Assembly (NCBI GenBank): GCA_046538105.1
Contig: JBKHJO010000002.1
Location: forward strand, 31,730-95,729
Origin: Anaerolineales bacterium
GTDB lineage: Bacteria > Chloroflexota > Anaerolineae > UBA1429
DNA: 64,000 nucleotides
Direction of reading: 5' to 3'
Below are positions 31,285 to 41,470 of this stretch, one piece after another (the first letter of the stretch is position 1; each line of letters begins with the position of its first letter). The translations under genes were made by a program, and so were the position numbers. Below the pieces are notes generated by a model. It searched no databases and was not told the DNA's origin. It saw nothing but the letters and a program-made list of their open reading frames with translations.

Positions 31285-33361
31285 CGGATATAAAATGAGT
31301 AACGGACGGCTAGAAACACTGAGAAACATCGGCATCATAGCGCATATAGACGCGGGGAAAACGACCATCACGGAGCGAATCCTGTTCTATACAGGGCTGA
31401 CGCATCGTATGGGAAACGTCGATGACGGAGATACTACCACCGACTTTATGCCTCAGGAACGTGATCGAGGCATCACCATACAATCGGCGGCCATCACCTG
31501 CACATGGCAGGGGCATCAGATCAACCTCATCGACACGCCGGGGCATATCGACTTTACCGCTGAGGTACAGCGTGCGCTGCGCGTCCTGGATGGGGGCGTG
31601 GTTGTCTTTGATGGCGTGTCCGGCGTGGAGCCCCAGTCAGAGACGGTGTGGCGTCAGGCGAACGGCTACGACGTGCCGCGCATCGCCTTTGTAAACAAGA
31701 TGGATCGGCCCGGCGCCGATCTGGATCGCACCGTGGAGATGATTCGTGAACGCCTCAAGGCGCATCCCGTGGTGATACAGATTCCCATAGGAGAGAAAAA
31801 CAAATTCCGTGGGGTTATAGATCTCATCACCATGAAAGCCATCCTGTTTGAGGAGGAAAGCCTGGAACCAACGGTTCAGGACATCCCGGAAAATATGCGG
31901 GCGGTGGCCGAAGAAAAGCGAGACAAGATGCTCGAAGCCGTCGCCGACGTGGACGACGATTTTGCCTGGGCCTATCTCGAAGGAGAGGAGTTGGAAAACG
32001 AGGCGATCATTGAGGCTCTGCGCAGGGTCACGTGCGATAATCTGGCCGTTCCCGTACTATGTGGATCGGGATTGCACAACGTTGGCATACAGCCTCTGCT
32101 GGACGCCATCGTGCGCTACCTTCCCTCACCTCTTGATGTAAAGCCGATGGTGGGCTATACTGAGGATGATGAGCCATTTGTGTGCAACCCCACCGACGAG
32201 GAATCTCTTTCCGCCCTCATCTTCAAGATCAGCACCGACCCCTATGTGGGCAAACTCTCGTTTGTTCGCGTCTATTCGGGGGTTATACGCCAAGGAATGA
32301 CGGTGTTGAATGCCATGGAGCACACGACCGAGCGTATCGGCCGCCTGGTTCGCATGCATGCTGACCAACGCGAAGCGGTAGAAGAACTAAAAGCGGGCGA
32401 TATCGGCGCAATCCTGGGATTCAAGTCAGCCAGGACAGGACAGACTCTTTGTGACACGGATCAACCCGTGTTGCTGGAGCAGATCACCTTTCCCACACCA
32501 GTGATCAAGCTGGCACTGCATCCCAAAAGCAACGCCGACCAGGAAAAGTTGGGCAATGCACTGCGGAGTCTCTGTGACGAGGACCCCACCCTCTACGTGC
32601 ATTATGACGAGGACACGGGAGAAACGATCCTGGCGGGTATGGGTGAACTTCACCTAGAAGTGACCGTAGAACGCCTGAAAAGGGAATTCAACGTAAACGT
32701 GGAGACGGGAGCCCCCAAGGTAGCCTACACGGAGACCATCACCCGGCCCGTCCGCGTCGAGGGCCGGCTCGTCAAACAGTCCGGTGGGCACGGTCAGTAT
32801 GCCGTGGTGGTTGTGGATCTCGAGCCCCTGGAAGCGGGCAGTGGGTTCGTCTTTGAGGAAGAGATAAGGGGCGGTGCTGTCCCCAGGGACTATATTCCCG
32901 CCGTGGAAAAGGGTATCATCGCGGCGATGGAAGAGGGCCCCCTGGCCAAGCAGCCCGTCGTGGACATCAAGGCGACGCTGATAGATGGCAGGTATCACGA
33001 GGTCGATTCCTCGGAACAGGCATTCGAGACGGCCGGCGCCATGGCCCTGCGGGATGGCCTGAAAAAGGCGAATCCCATCCTCCTGGAACCTGTCATGGAG
33101 GTAGAAGTCATCGCTCCCCAGGAATACACTGGCGATGTAATCAGCGACCTCAGCAGGCGGGCGGCGGACGTGAGGGGCATCGAACCCCGTTCTATGGGCA
33201 TGCAGAGCGTCAAGGCCCACGTGCCCCTGGCCCAGATGTTCGGCTATGCCACCTCGCTGCGTTCCGTTACCCAAGGACGCGGGACCTTTACTATGCAGTT
33301 CTCGCACTACCAACAAGTGAGCGAGGATACACGAGAGGAACTGATCACCCAGGTGGCCTAA
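31285..33361 (+). CDS. elongation factor G paralog (EF-G2-like), not in str operon
   Basis: Start at ATG 31285 ([25 protein letters not shown]1 motif; DTPGH; NKMD); 692 aa; ORF-track start 31091 is an unlikely extension. Confidence 0.8.
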
Positions 33362-33375
33362 AGGCTCCTAAAAGC

Positions 33376-33425
33376 AGCACAGATATACCATGTGGGCACA
33401 ATTGCCCACATGGTATATCTGTGCT
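33376..33425. repeat. 50-nt perfect inverted repeat (23-bp stem, 4-nt loop) between EF-G2 and trmFO; terminator or operator
   Basis: agcacagatataccatgtgggca-caat-tgcccacatggtatatctgtgct. Confidence 0.6.
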
Positions 33426-33462
33426 ATCATCTTCTCAGGATGTCTGGACCTTTCGGCAGTAT

Positions 33463-34830
33463 ATGACAGATAAATCTTCATTGGTCATCATCGGTGGGGG
33501 GCTGGCTGGAAGTGAAGGGGCGTGGCAGGCGGCCTCTCGTGGAATCAAAGTTCACCTGTTCGAGATGCGTCCCCAAGTGAGTACTCCTGCGCACCAAACA
33601 GAATGGCTGGCTGAACTGGTATGCAGCAACTCGTTGGGCTCCGAACGTCCGGATCGGGCCATGGGACTGCTCAAGCGAGAACTACGACAGCTCAACTCCC
33701 TCATCCTGCGCTGCGCCGAGGCGTGTGCCGTCCCCGCTGGCGGCGCTCTGGCGGTGGGGCGCGAAGCATTTGCCCGGATGGTTACCGAGGCCATTGAGGA
33801 ACATCCAAACATCCAGGTGACCCGCCGGGAGATACGCCACATCCCAGAGGGGACAACCACCATCGTGGCCACCGGCCCCCTCACCTCCGATGTGTTGGCG
33901 GAGGATATCGCCGCGCTGACGGGGCAGAAACGCCTCTACTTTTACGATGCCATGGCTCCCATCGTAACCCGCGAATCTATCGACCAAAGCAAGACCTTTC
34001 GTGCGTCCCGTTACGAGGCAGAGGAGACGGACTATATCAATTGTCCCATGGCCAAGGCCGAATATGATCGCTTTGTGGAGGCGTTGGTCAATGCGGAAAC
34101 TATCACCTTGCGCGGATTTGAGCGAGAGGATCCCCACTTTTTTGAGGCCTGCCTTCCTATCGAGGAGATGGCCGCCCGCGGCCGCGAGACGCTGGCCTAC
34201 GGTCCCCTGCGTCCGGTCGGCCTGGAGATCCCAGAGGAAGGGAAACGTCCCCACGCTGTAGTTCAGCTTCGCCAGGACAATCTGGCCGGAACCCTGTACA
34301 ATCTGGTGGGCTTTCAGACGAACCTGAGATGGTCAGAGCAGAGACGAGTCTTTTCCCTCATTCCGGGGCTGGAGAACGCCCACTGGGTGCGTTTCGGACA
34401 GATGCACCGGAACACGTACATCAACACCCCCGCCCTTCTGGAGCCCACAATGCACTGGCGCGGACGAGAGAATCTCTATTTTGCCGGCCAGATAACGGGC
34501 ACAGAGGGATATGTGGCCTCCACGGCCAGCGGCCTGGTCGCTGGCATCAACGCGGCGCGCACCCTGCGAGGGGACGAGGAATTGATATTCCCTCGCACGA
34601 CCATGCTGGGGGCGTTGCTGCACTATGTATCGCGATCCGAAGAGGAGGACTTTCAACCCATGAAGCCGAACATGGGGCTGCTGGCTCCCCTGCCGGAACG
34701 CATCCGCAACAAGCGGGAGCGCTATGCAGCACGGGCCGAGAGGTCGCAGCGGGAGATGATCCGTTTCATTGGCGAGAGAGAGGTGCTGGAGGATATCGTC
34801 GTCGCGCAAGACCTTGGAGAAACGGTCTAG
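33463..34830 (+). CDS. trmFO: methylenetetrahydrofolate--tRNA-(uracil54-C5)-methyltransferase TrmFO
   Basis: Start at ATG 33463 ([40 protein letters not shown]-binding); GidA-like fold. Confidence 0.8.
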   Translation: MTDKSSLVIIGGGLAGSEGAWQAASRGIKVHLFEMRPQVSTPAHQTEWLAELVCSNSLGSERPDRAMGLLKRELRQLNSLILRCAEACAVPAGGALAVGREAFARMVTEAIEEHPNIQVTRREIRHIPEGTTTIVATGPLTSDVLAEDIAALTGQKRLYFYDAMAPIVTRESIDQSKTFRASRYEAEETDYINCPMAKAEYDRFVEALVNAETITLRGFEREDPHFFEACLPIEEMAARGRETLAYGPLRPVGLEIPEEGKRPHAVVQLRQDNLAGTLYNLVGFQTNLRWSEQRRVFSLIPGLENAHWVRFGQMHRNTYINTPALLEPTMHWRGRENLYFAGQITGTEGYVASTASGLVAGINAARTLRGDEELIFPRTTMLGALLHYVSRSEEEDFQPMKPNMGLLAPLPERIRNKRERYAARAERSQREMIRFIGEREVLEDIVVAQDLGETV

Positions 34831-34840
34831 AGGCCCGGCG

Positions 34841-35740
34841 ATGAAGCGCCTGGCCTCCCTATCGCTGGCATTGCTCCTTGTTATACTCAGTATACAATGT
34901 AGTTCGGGGAAGGAGCACTTTGATGGCAAGCGCGCCCTCAAAGATGTGAAGAGGCTCTGCGGGTTTGGCCCTCGCCCGGTGGGCAGTGAGGCCAATCTTG
35001 AGACGTCGCGCTACATCGTCGAGACGCTGGAGCAAAATGGTTGGGAGGTCGATGTACAGGAGTTTGTGTATCAGAGGGAAACGCTCCGGAACGTTGTGGG
35101 AAGGCGAGGAAAAGGGCCCGTCATCCTTTTGGGAGCGCACTTTGATACCCGCCCCCTGGCGGATAGAGACCCATCAGATCGCTCCCAGACCGTGCCAGGA
35201 GCCAACGATGGCGGAAGTGGGACGGCCATATTGCTGGAGCTTGCACGGGTGTTGGATGCCGCAGCCACGGATCAGGTCGAGATATGGCTGGCCTTTTTCG
35301 ACGGTAAGACCAAAGAGAATATCGAGGGCTGGCCCTGCTGTGTCGGCTCGCGTCACATGGCGCAAAACCTGAACGTCAGACCCGACTATGCCCTCATCAT
35401 AGATATGGTGGGCGACGACGATCAGCGAATATACTATGAGTGGTCATCGACATTGTGGTTACAGGAAAAGGTGTGGGGAATTGCAGCAGAGTTGGGACAC
35501 CGGCCTCATTTCATCCCTCAGCATCAGCACCGTATCGTCGGTGATCATACGCCCTTTCTGGAGGCAGGTGTACCGGCAGCCATCGTTACAGATCTGGATT
35601 ACCCTTATTGGCGCACCAGTCACGATACGGTAGACAAGATCAACGTAGATAGTCTACAGCGTGTGGGAGATGTTATGGAAACGCTGCTCGAAGGCGAGCC
35701 CCTTAGAGGTTCTTTCAAAGCCCATAGAGCACAGGAATAG
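34841..35740 (+). CDS. secreted M28-family peptidase
   Basis: Start at ATG 34841 (MKRLASLSLALLLVILSIQCSS signal); M28 metal-ligand region HFDTRPLAD...GANDGGSG. Confidence 0.65.
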   Translation: MKRLASLSLALLLVILSIQCSSGKEHFDGKRALKDVKRLCGFGPRPVGSEANLETSRYIVETLEQNGWEVDVQEFVYQRETLRNVVGRRGKGPVILLGAHFDTRPLADRDPSDRSQTVPGANDGGSGTAILLELARVLDAAATDQVEIWLAFFDGKTKENIEGWPCCVGSRHMAQNLNVRPDYALIIDMVGDDDQRIYYEWSSTLWLQEKVWGIAAELGHRPHFIPQHQHRIVGDHTPFLEAGVPAAIVTDLDYPYWRTSHDTVDKINVDSLQRVGDVMETLLEGEPLRGSFKAHRAQE

Positions 35741-35752
35741 GAGACTATTAGC

Positions 35753-36907
35753 ATGAAAATCGCCGACCGCATCAACAATCTTCCACCCTATGTATTTGCC
35801 ACCGTGGAAAAAAAGATCGCCGCCCAGGAGGCCAAAGGAGTCGATGTCATCAACCTGGGCATCGGCAGCCCTGACCTCGCCCCACCAGATTTCATCGTCG
35901 AGACGCTGTGTCGCTCCGCCGCGCGCCCCGATACCCACGGCTATGCGGGCTATTATGGAACGCCTGATCTGCGGCAGGCCATAGCGACCTATTACAAGGA
36001 ACGCTTCGATGTGGAAGTGAATCCCGAGACGGAGATTCGTCCCCTCATAGGCTCCAAGGAGGGTCTGGCCAACATGGCCCTGGCCTTTGTCGATCCGGAT
36101 GACCTGGCCCTGGCTCCCGTTCCTGGCTACCCCACCTACCGCATGGGCGCCATCCTGGCCGACGGGGGCTATTACGCCATACCCCTGCTGGAGGAAGATG
36201 ACTATTTGGTGGATTTTGAGGAGATACCCGAGGACATAGCCAGCAGGAGCACTATCCTGTGGCTCAACTATCCCAACAATCCCACGGGAGCCGTGGCCAC
36301 GGAGGACTTTTTGCAGGAGGCCGTCGACTTTGCAAAAGAGTACGACATCGTCCTTTGCTACGACAATCCCTATTGCGATCTGACCTTCGACGGCTATAGA
36401 GCGCCCAGCATACTGGAGACTCCCGGTGCCAAAGATATAACGGTGGAGTTTAACTCACTCTCCAAGACATACAATATGGCTGGCTGGCGCGTGGGTATGG
36501 CTGTAGGCAATGCCGAGGCCATCGGCGCGCTGACCACGGTCAAGACCAATATCGACTCTGGTATCTTTCGCCCCATCCAGGACGCAGCGGCTGTGGCCCT
36601 CACCAGCGATCAGACATGGATCGAGGAGCGCAACATGGTGTACCAGCGCCGCCGTGACATCATTCTCGACTGGCTACCCGACATCGGCATGAGTGCGCAA
36701 ACTCCCAAAGGCGGGCTTTATGTATGGGCCAAGGTTCCAGAGAATACAAACTGCGACGATTTCGCCATCACGCTGTTGGAAAAAGCGGGCGTCTGGATCA
36801 CACCGGGAACAGCTTTTGGCAAATATGGAGAGGGCTACATGCGCATTTCGCTATGTGTGACGGAAGAGCGCCTTAGAGAAGCAGGAGAAAGATTATCCGA
36901 CATATAA
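35753..36907 (+). CDS. class I/II aminotransferase, LL-diaminopimelate aminotransferase-like
   Basis: 384 aa; PLP-lysine region SLSKTYNMAGWRVG; N-term INNLPPYVFATV. Confidence 0.6.
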   Translation: MKIADRINNLPPYVFATVEKKIAAQEAKGVDVINLGIGSPDLAPPDFIVETLCRSAARPDTHGYAGYYGTPDLRQAIATYYKERFDVEVNPETEIRPLIGSKEGLANMALAFVDPDDLALAPVPGYPTYRMGAILADGGYYAIPLLEEDDYLVDFEEIPEDIASRSTILWLNYPNNPTGAVATEDFLQEAVDFAKEYDIVLCYDNPYCDLTFDGYRAPSILETPGAKDITVEFNSLSKTYNMAGWRVGMAVGNAEAIGALTTVKTNIDSGIFRPIQDAAAVALTSDQTWIEERNMVYQRRRDIILDWLPDIGMSAQTPKGGLYVWAKVPENTNCDDFAITLLEKAGVWITPGTAFGKYGEGYMRISLCVTEERLREAGERLSDI

Positions 36908-36996
36908 GAGCCATAGCAGGGGAACATGATACGGGTCTCCTGGAGCGCCCCGAGAGTGCTTTTCTCGTCGGAGCCCAGGTCAGGGGAGAGCAATCC

Positions 36997-38232
36997 TTGT
37001 TCACCCCGGATGAATCCCTGGACGAGTTGGAGCAACTTGCCTACACAGCAGGGCTGAAGGTGGTGGGCCGCGCATCCCAGAACCTGCACAGCATCAATCC
37101 TGCCACCTATATCGGCACAGGCAAGGCCGAGGAGATAAGAGGCCTCAAAAAGTCGTTGGGGTTCGACGTGGTCATCTTTGACAACGAGTTGTCGGCGGCA
37201 CAACTGCGCAACCTGGAAGAGATCCTTGATACCAACGTCCTGGATCGAACAGCGCTGATCCTAGATATCTTTGCCATGCGCGCCAACACAAAAGAGGGCG
37301 CCCTGCAGGTCGAACTGGCCCAGTACGTCTATCGCCTGCCGCGTCTCACGCGGCGATGGACCCACCTCTCCAGGCAGGCTGTGGGTGGCGTAGGATTGCG
37401 CGGGCCCGGCGAGACGCAGCTCGAGTCGGACCAGCGGGACATCAGGCGGCGCATGACGCAGCTCAAGGAGGAGATCGAAGAGGTGCGCAAGCAGCGCGAT
37501 CTGCGCAGAAGCCGCCGCAGATCGCGTGGCCTGCCTGTCGCAGCCATCGTGGGCTATACTAACGCCGGCAAGTCCACTCTGCTGAATCACCTGACGGACG
37601 CCGACGTGCTCGTCGAGAACAGACTCTTTGCCACCCTGGATCCCACCACGCGCAAGGTTGAGTTACCCAGTGGAAAAGAGATCCTTTTCACAGACACGGT
37701 AGGATTCATCCAGAAACTTCCCACCCAACTGGTAGCCGCCTTCCACGCCACTCTGGAAGAGGTCCACGAAGCGGACGTCCTTGTCCACGTCATCGATGTC
37801 CAAGATAGAAATCTGCTCCAAAAAGTAACCGCTGTGAACGACGTACTGCAGGAAATCGATGCTGGCGACAAGCCCACGATCATGGCCCTGAACAAGATCG
37901 ACCTCATCGATCCAGAAATGCTGAACGAGAAAAAACATCCTTTCGCCATGCAGAACAGTCCGGTGGGAGAACTCCGAAGGCAGTACAGCCACGTAATTCC
38001 GATCTCAGCACAGCAGGGAGTGGGGATCGAGGATCTGCTGACTACCCTGGAGGAGATGCTTCTGGAGGAGATGGAGGATGTGGATCTCGTCATCCCGTAC
38101 AAGGTGAGCAACCTGCTGGACCTATGGCACAAGCAGGGCATTATCGAGCGGGAAGACTATGGCCAGGACGGCATCCATGTGCGCGGCAAACTGCCCAAGC
38201 GCATAAAAGGCATGGTACAGGGCAATATCTAG
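36997..38232 (+). CDS. hflX: GTPase HflX (N-terminus probably extends upstream to ~36880-36940 via non-canonical start)
   Basis: G1 GYTNAGKSTLLN, G3 DTVGF, G4 NKID; the upstream in-frame stretch ERPESAFLVGAQVRGEQSL matches the conserved HflX N-terminus but has no ATG/GTG/TTG. Confidence 0.75.
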   Translation: MFTPDESLDELEQLAYTAGLKVVGRASQNLHSINPATYIGTGKAEEIRGLKKSLGFDVVIFDNELSAAQLRNLEEILDTNVLDRTALILDIFAMRANTKEGALQVELAQYVYRLPRLTRRWTHLSRQAVGGVGLRGPGETQLESDQRDIRRRMTQLKEEIEEVRKQRDLRRSRRRSRGLPVAAIVGYTNAGKSTLLNHLTDADVLVENRLFATLDPTTRKVELPSGKEILFTDTVGFIQKLPTQLVAAFHATLEEVHEADVLVHVIDVQDRNLLQKVTAVNDVLQEIDAGDKPTIMALNKIDLIDPEMLNEKKHPFAMQNSPVGELRRQYSHVIPISAQQGVGIEDLLTTLEEMLLEEMEDVDLVIPYKVSNLLDLWHKQGIIEREDYGQDGIHVRGKLPKRIKGMVQGNI

Positions 38233-38604
38233 ATCTTTTGTCCAGTCTGTGACAAGGAGGACATATATTAGAGGCGTCCTCCTTCTTTCAATACGGGACG
38301 GAGTGAAGGGCTAGGGGGCGTCGTCGTCAGTCGAGGGGCTGGCAGGCGGCGACCAGGGACAGAGTCATCGCCAGCACCAGACCCGTTACCCATCTCCGCG
38401 ATGACTGTCGCTCCATATCAGAACTCCCCCAAGTAAAATTGATGAATCCTTCCCTCCTGTAACAACCAGTATATCACATAACGTGTAACACCGTATGACA
38501 GAGGGGTAATCATCTCGCCATACGGTGTTACAATCTCGTTACATAGGCGATGAGGGCCAGTCAGGTCCATATCTGGCAATACGAACCTCGACTCTTCCTT
38601 CCCG

Positions 38605-39864
38605 CTACGGCACGCGAAAGCGGAACACCCACGGGCCGGCAAGCCTCACATCCTCGTATGGAGGTACTAGTTCGGTTCCTACCAACTCGGCTACCGTCAG
38701 CGTCCACTCACCTCGCCGTTCATAGAGGGATGCCGGAAAGCCATATATGTGGACAGGCGAGTCATCAGCAACGGCATAGAAGTACTCACGGCTCTTCCTC
38801 TCGCCGGGCGCTTTGAGCGTCACGATGGACGTCCAGCTCGTTTCCACTTCGGTCGGTGGATCGAAACGCAGGTAGGCCCGGGTCTCCGAAGGAGTGACCA
38901 CCAGCCGCTCCAACTTCATCGTCACCCCCGCCGCCTCCAAAGTCTGGTTCACCTCGGCCACCCGTCCAGGGATAAAGGGCACGCTAAAGTCAAAGGCAAA
39001 GGTCCCAACGACGTCCTCCTGAGGCATGGGCTCCAGTTCCACCACCATGGGCTCCGCCGGGTCACTCGATGAACCGGGAGAGCTGTCTGGCGTGTCGGTG
39101 GGCGGAACAATCTCCCTCAACTCCATCGTCAGCCGCAAATCCAACTCCTCGGGCGCGCCCTCCACAGGGGAAGCATCGAAAGAAAGCACATAAGCCCCTT
39201 CGCCGGGCGGAAGAGAGACATTGTAAATATCGGACTGGCCTCTGGTTCCAAATCCGGTTGTCATGGGAAAGACGGTGTCGTCCTCGGTTAGCGTCACCCT
39301 TTCATCGTAGTGCCGGCCCTTTGGGCCTTCGACTCTATAGCCGACGACGATGCGGTTGGCATCGGCATAGGCCCGCTCCAGGGTAACGGTAACACCATTC
39401 ACCGTCTGACTCAGATCAAGTTCCTGCACCAGATCGGCCTGTTCGACGTGCTGCAAGCCGGCTTCCTGCTGAAACAACCGCCCCACAGCAGGGGCCACCG
39501 CATAGCCCACCGCGCTGAAGGTCAGGAGCAAACCCAAGAGCAGCGCCGCCCAACCCAGATGGGTGACAGGCATAAGCGCCTGCGGGAGCAAGCGGCGAAG
39601 AGAAGGCACTCGCCACCCCTTGGACCTCTCGCTCACCCCCTGGTCTTCTTTATGAACTGCTCCCTCCCGCATTCCGGCGACCAGACGATTCCCTAACCGC
39701 TTTCGAAACCCATCGTCGGCCTGAGGCACGGTACGGACCAGGCGGGCACAAAATCCATAGAGCGAATCCCCACCATGCCGGTCATCGCCCCCTTTGGCGA
39801 TGCTCTCCTCAATTTCCTCCAACAACTCTTGCTCCCGCTCCATCAACTCATACCGCTTGTTCAT
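38605..39864 (-). CDS. transmembrane anti-sigma factor with large extracytoplasmic domain
   Basis: 419 aa; cytoplasmic N-term, single TM (LGWAALLLGLLLTFSAVGYAVA), ~300-aa external domain; overlaps stop of upstream ECF sigma gene by 17 nt. Confidence 0.55.
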   Translation of the reverse strand: MNKRYELMEREQELLEEIEESIAKGGDDRHGGDSLYGFCARLVRTVPQADDGFRKRLGNRLVAGMREGAVHKEDQGVSERSKGWRVPSLRRLLPQALMPVTHLGWAALLLGLLLTFSAVGYAVAPAVGRLFQQEAGLQHVEQADLVQELDLSQTVNGVTVTLERAYADANRIVVGYRVEGPKGRHYDERVTLTEDDTVFPMTTGFGTRGQSDIYNVSLPPGEGAYVLSFDASPVEGAPEELDLRLTMELREIVPPTDTPDSSPGSSSDPAEPMVVELEPMPQEDVVGTFAFDFSVPFIPGRVAEVNQTLEAAGVTMKLERLVVTPSETRAYLRFDPPTEVETSWTSIVTLKAPGERKSREYFYAVADDSPVHIYGFPASLYERRGEWTLTVAELVGTELVPPYEDVRLAGPWVFRFRVP

Positions 39865-40438
39865 CGTGCACCTCCCTCTTTACCTCATCCATGTACCGAC
39901 GGTGCAGATCCTTCAGTCCCCGACACAGGTGCGAGGCCACAGTGCGCTCGTCCAACGCCAACAGTTCAGCGATCTCTTTATTGCGCAGACCGCCAAAGAA
40001 CCGGAGGAGGACCACCTCCCGGCGTCTAGGCGAGAGCGTCTCGATCAGCCGCCGCAAGTGGGCGAATCTCTCCTTCTGGGCAAAGGCATCAGCTGGAGAC
40101 AGAGCGCCAGACGCCAGATCGGGCAGATCCTCCAGGGGAACCACCGCCTCAGAGCCTCGCCCACGCCGGTAAAAGTCGCTCACCCGGTTGCGGACGATAC
40201 GAAAAAGCCAGGCAGCAAAAGAGCCCTTGCCACGCCACTGAAACGTGTCCAGTTTATCGACCACGGTCAGAAAGGCATCGGCGACGATATCCTCCACATC
40301 CTGCGCCCGCCCCACGCGATAACTCGTGTAGGCGTAAACCCTGGGAAAGTAGTGATCGTACAGCGCCTGAAGGGCCTTGGGTTCGCTCGCGGCGCGCTTT
40401 AACAGCGCTCGCTCCTGTTTGGGGTCCATCCGATCCAC
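39848..40438 (-). CDS. ECF-type RNA polymerase sigma factor
   Basis: 196 aa; region 2 (FAAWLFRIVRNRVSDFYRR) and region 4 HTH (LRNKEIAELLALDERTVASHLCRG); start GTG 40438 or ATG 40429. Confidence 0.8.
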   Translation of the reverse strand: MDRMDPKQERALLKRAASEPKALQALYDHYFPRVYAYTSYRVGRAQDVEDIVADAFLTVVDKLDTFQWRGKGSFAAWLFRIVRNRVSDFYRRGRGSEAVVPLEDLPDLASGALSPADAFAQKERFAHLRRLIETLSPRRREVVLLRFFGGLRNKEIAELLALDERTVASHLCRGLKDLHRRYMDEVKREVHDEQAV

Positions 40439-40543
40439 ACTCCTGTTTAGGATCCATCCAACTCACTACTTATAACGCGTGAGGGCGGAAAATACTGCAT
40501 CGGGAAAGCGGCGGATGGGCTATCCAGGCAGCGTGCGCCACAC

Positions 40544-41470
40544 CTATGCCATGGGCAGGCGCAGGGTGAAGGCGGTACCCTCGTCACGGCGACTGCGCAC
40601 GGCCATGCTGCCGCCGTGGTGACGGGCCACGGCGCGCACCAGCGCCAGCCCCAACCCGCTGCCCTCCACCGCACGGGCGCCATCACCGCGATACAGTTCC
40701 TCAAAGATGTGGGGGAGATCCTCCGCGGGAATGCCGGGGCCGGTATCGGCCACCTCGACGACTATCCAACGATCATCCTCAAAGGCGCGTACCTCGATGG
40801 CGTCGCCGGGACAGGTGAACTTGCAGGCATTATCCACCAGGTTATAGCAGGCCAAAAAGATCAGGTCCCGGTCGCCGGACGCGGGCGGCAGCGGCCAGGG
40901 AGCCTGAGGCAGGGTGAGGGAGACCTGACGATCGGGTGTCTCCCTCGCCAGATCGACCACCTCGGTCAGCAGCGTGCCCACATCCACGGGGGCGCGCTCC
41001 AGGGGGCGGCGCTCCAGTTCCACGAGTTTACGTAGATCACCGACCAGACGATTGAGGCGCATCAGTTGTGTCTCCACGCTGGCCTGGACGGCGTCCCGTT
41101 CGGGGCCATCGTCAAGGGAGGCCAGGTTGGCCAGTCCGGCGCGGAGGGCGGTGAGGGGATTTTTTAACTCATGGTCGAGGCGACGTAAAAAGCGCTGGCG
41201 GTCGTCGGTCCAGGCGGCGCGGGCGGCCTCCAGGTCGCGGGCGCGGCGGCGCCCGGCGTACACGGCGACGGCCGCAGCCGGCAACGCCAGCAAGGTGAGC
41301 AGCGCCCCGAGCAGCAGGAACAGCGTACCCACGTCGGCGCGCAGCCGAAAGATCAGCAGCGGATCGGAAAAGAGACCGGCCTGCCAGAACAGTGCCGCCA
41401 GCAGACCCAGCAGCAATGGAACCAGAACCGCCACCAGCGGCCACCACCGAGACCATCTTTCGCGACTCAC
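40544..41470 (-). CDS. sensor histidine kinase, intramembrane-sensing type
   Basis: 308 aa; two N-terminal TM helices with minimal loop, H-box HELKNPLTAL, HATPase_c G-box motifs. Confidence 0.8.
   Translation of the reverse strand: MSRERWSRWWPLVAVLVPLLLGLLAALFWQAGLFSDPLLIFRLRADVGTLFLLLGALLTLLALPAAAVAVYAGRRRARDLEAARAAWTDDRQRFLRRLDHELKNPLTALRAGLANLASLDDGPERDAVQASVETQLMRLNRLVGDLRKLVELERRPLERAPVDVGTLLTEVVDLARETPDRQVSLTLPQAPWPLPPASGDRDLIFLACYNLVDNACKFTCPGDAIEVRAFEDDRWIVVEVADTGPGIPAEDLPHIFEELYRGDGARAVEGSGLGLALVRAVARHHGGSMAVRSRRDEGTAFTLRLPMA

Noticed and set aside
38418-38642. 74-aa ORF on minus strand in the spacer downstream of the anti-sigma gene
   Set aside because: It overlaps the hairpin region and the anti-sigma stop, has no RBS or recognisable motif, and is likely spurious. 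The shorter signal-peptide micro-ORF nearby is reported separately as a low-confidence finding.
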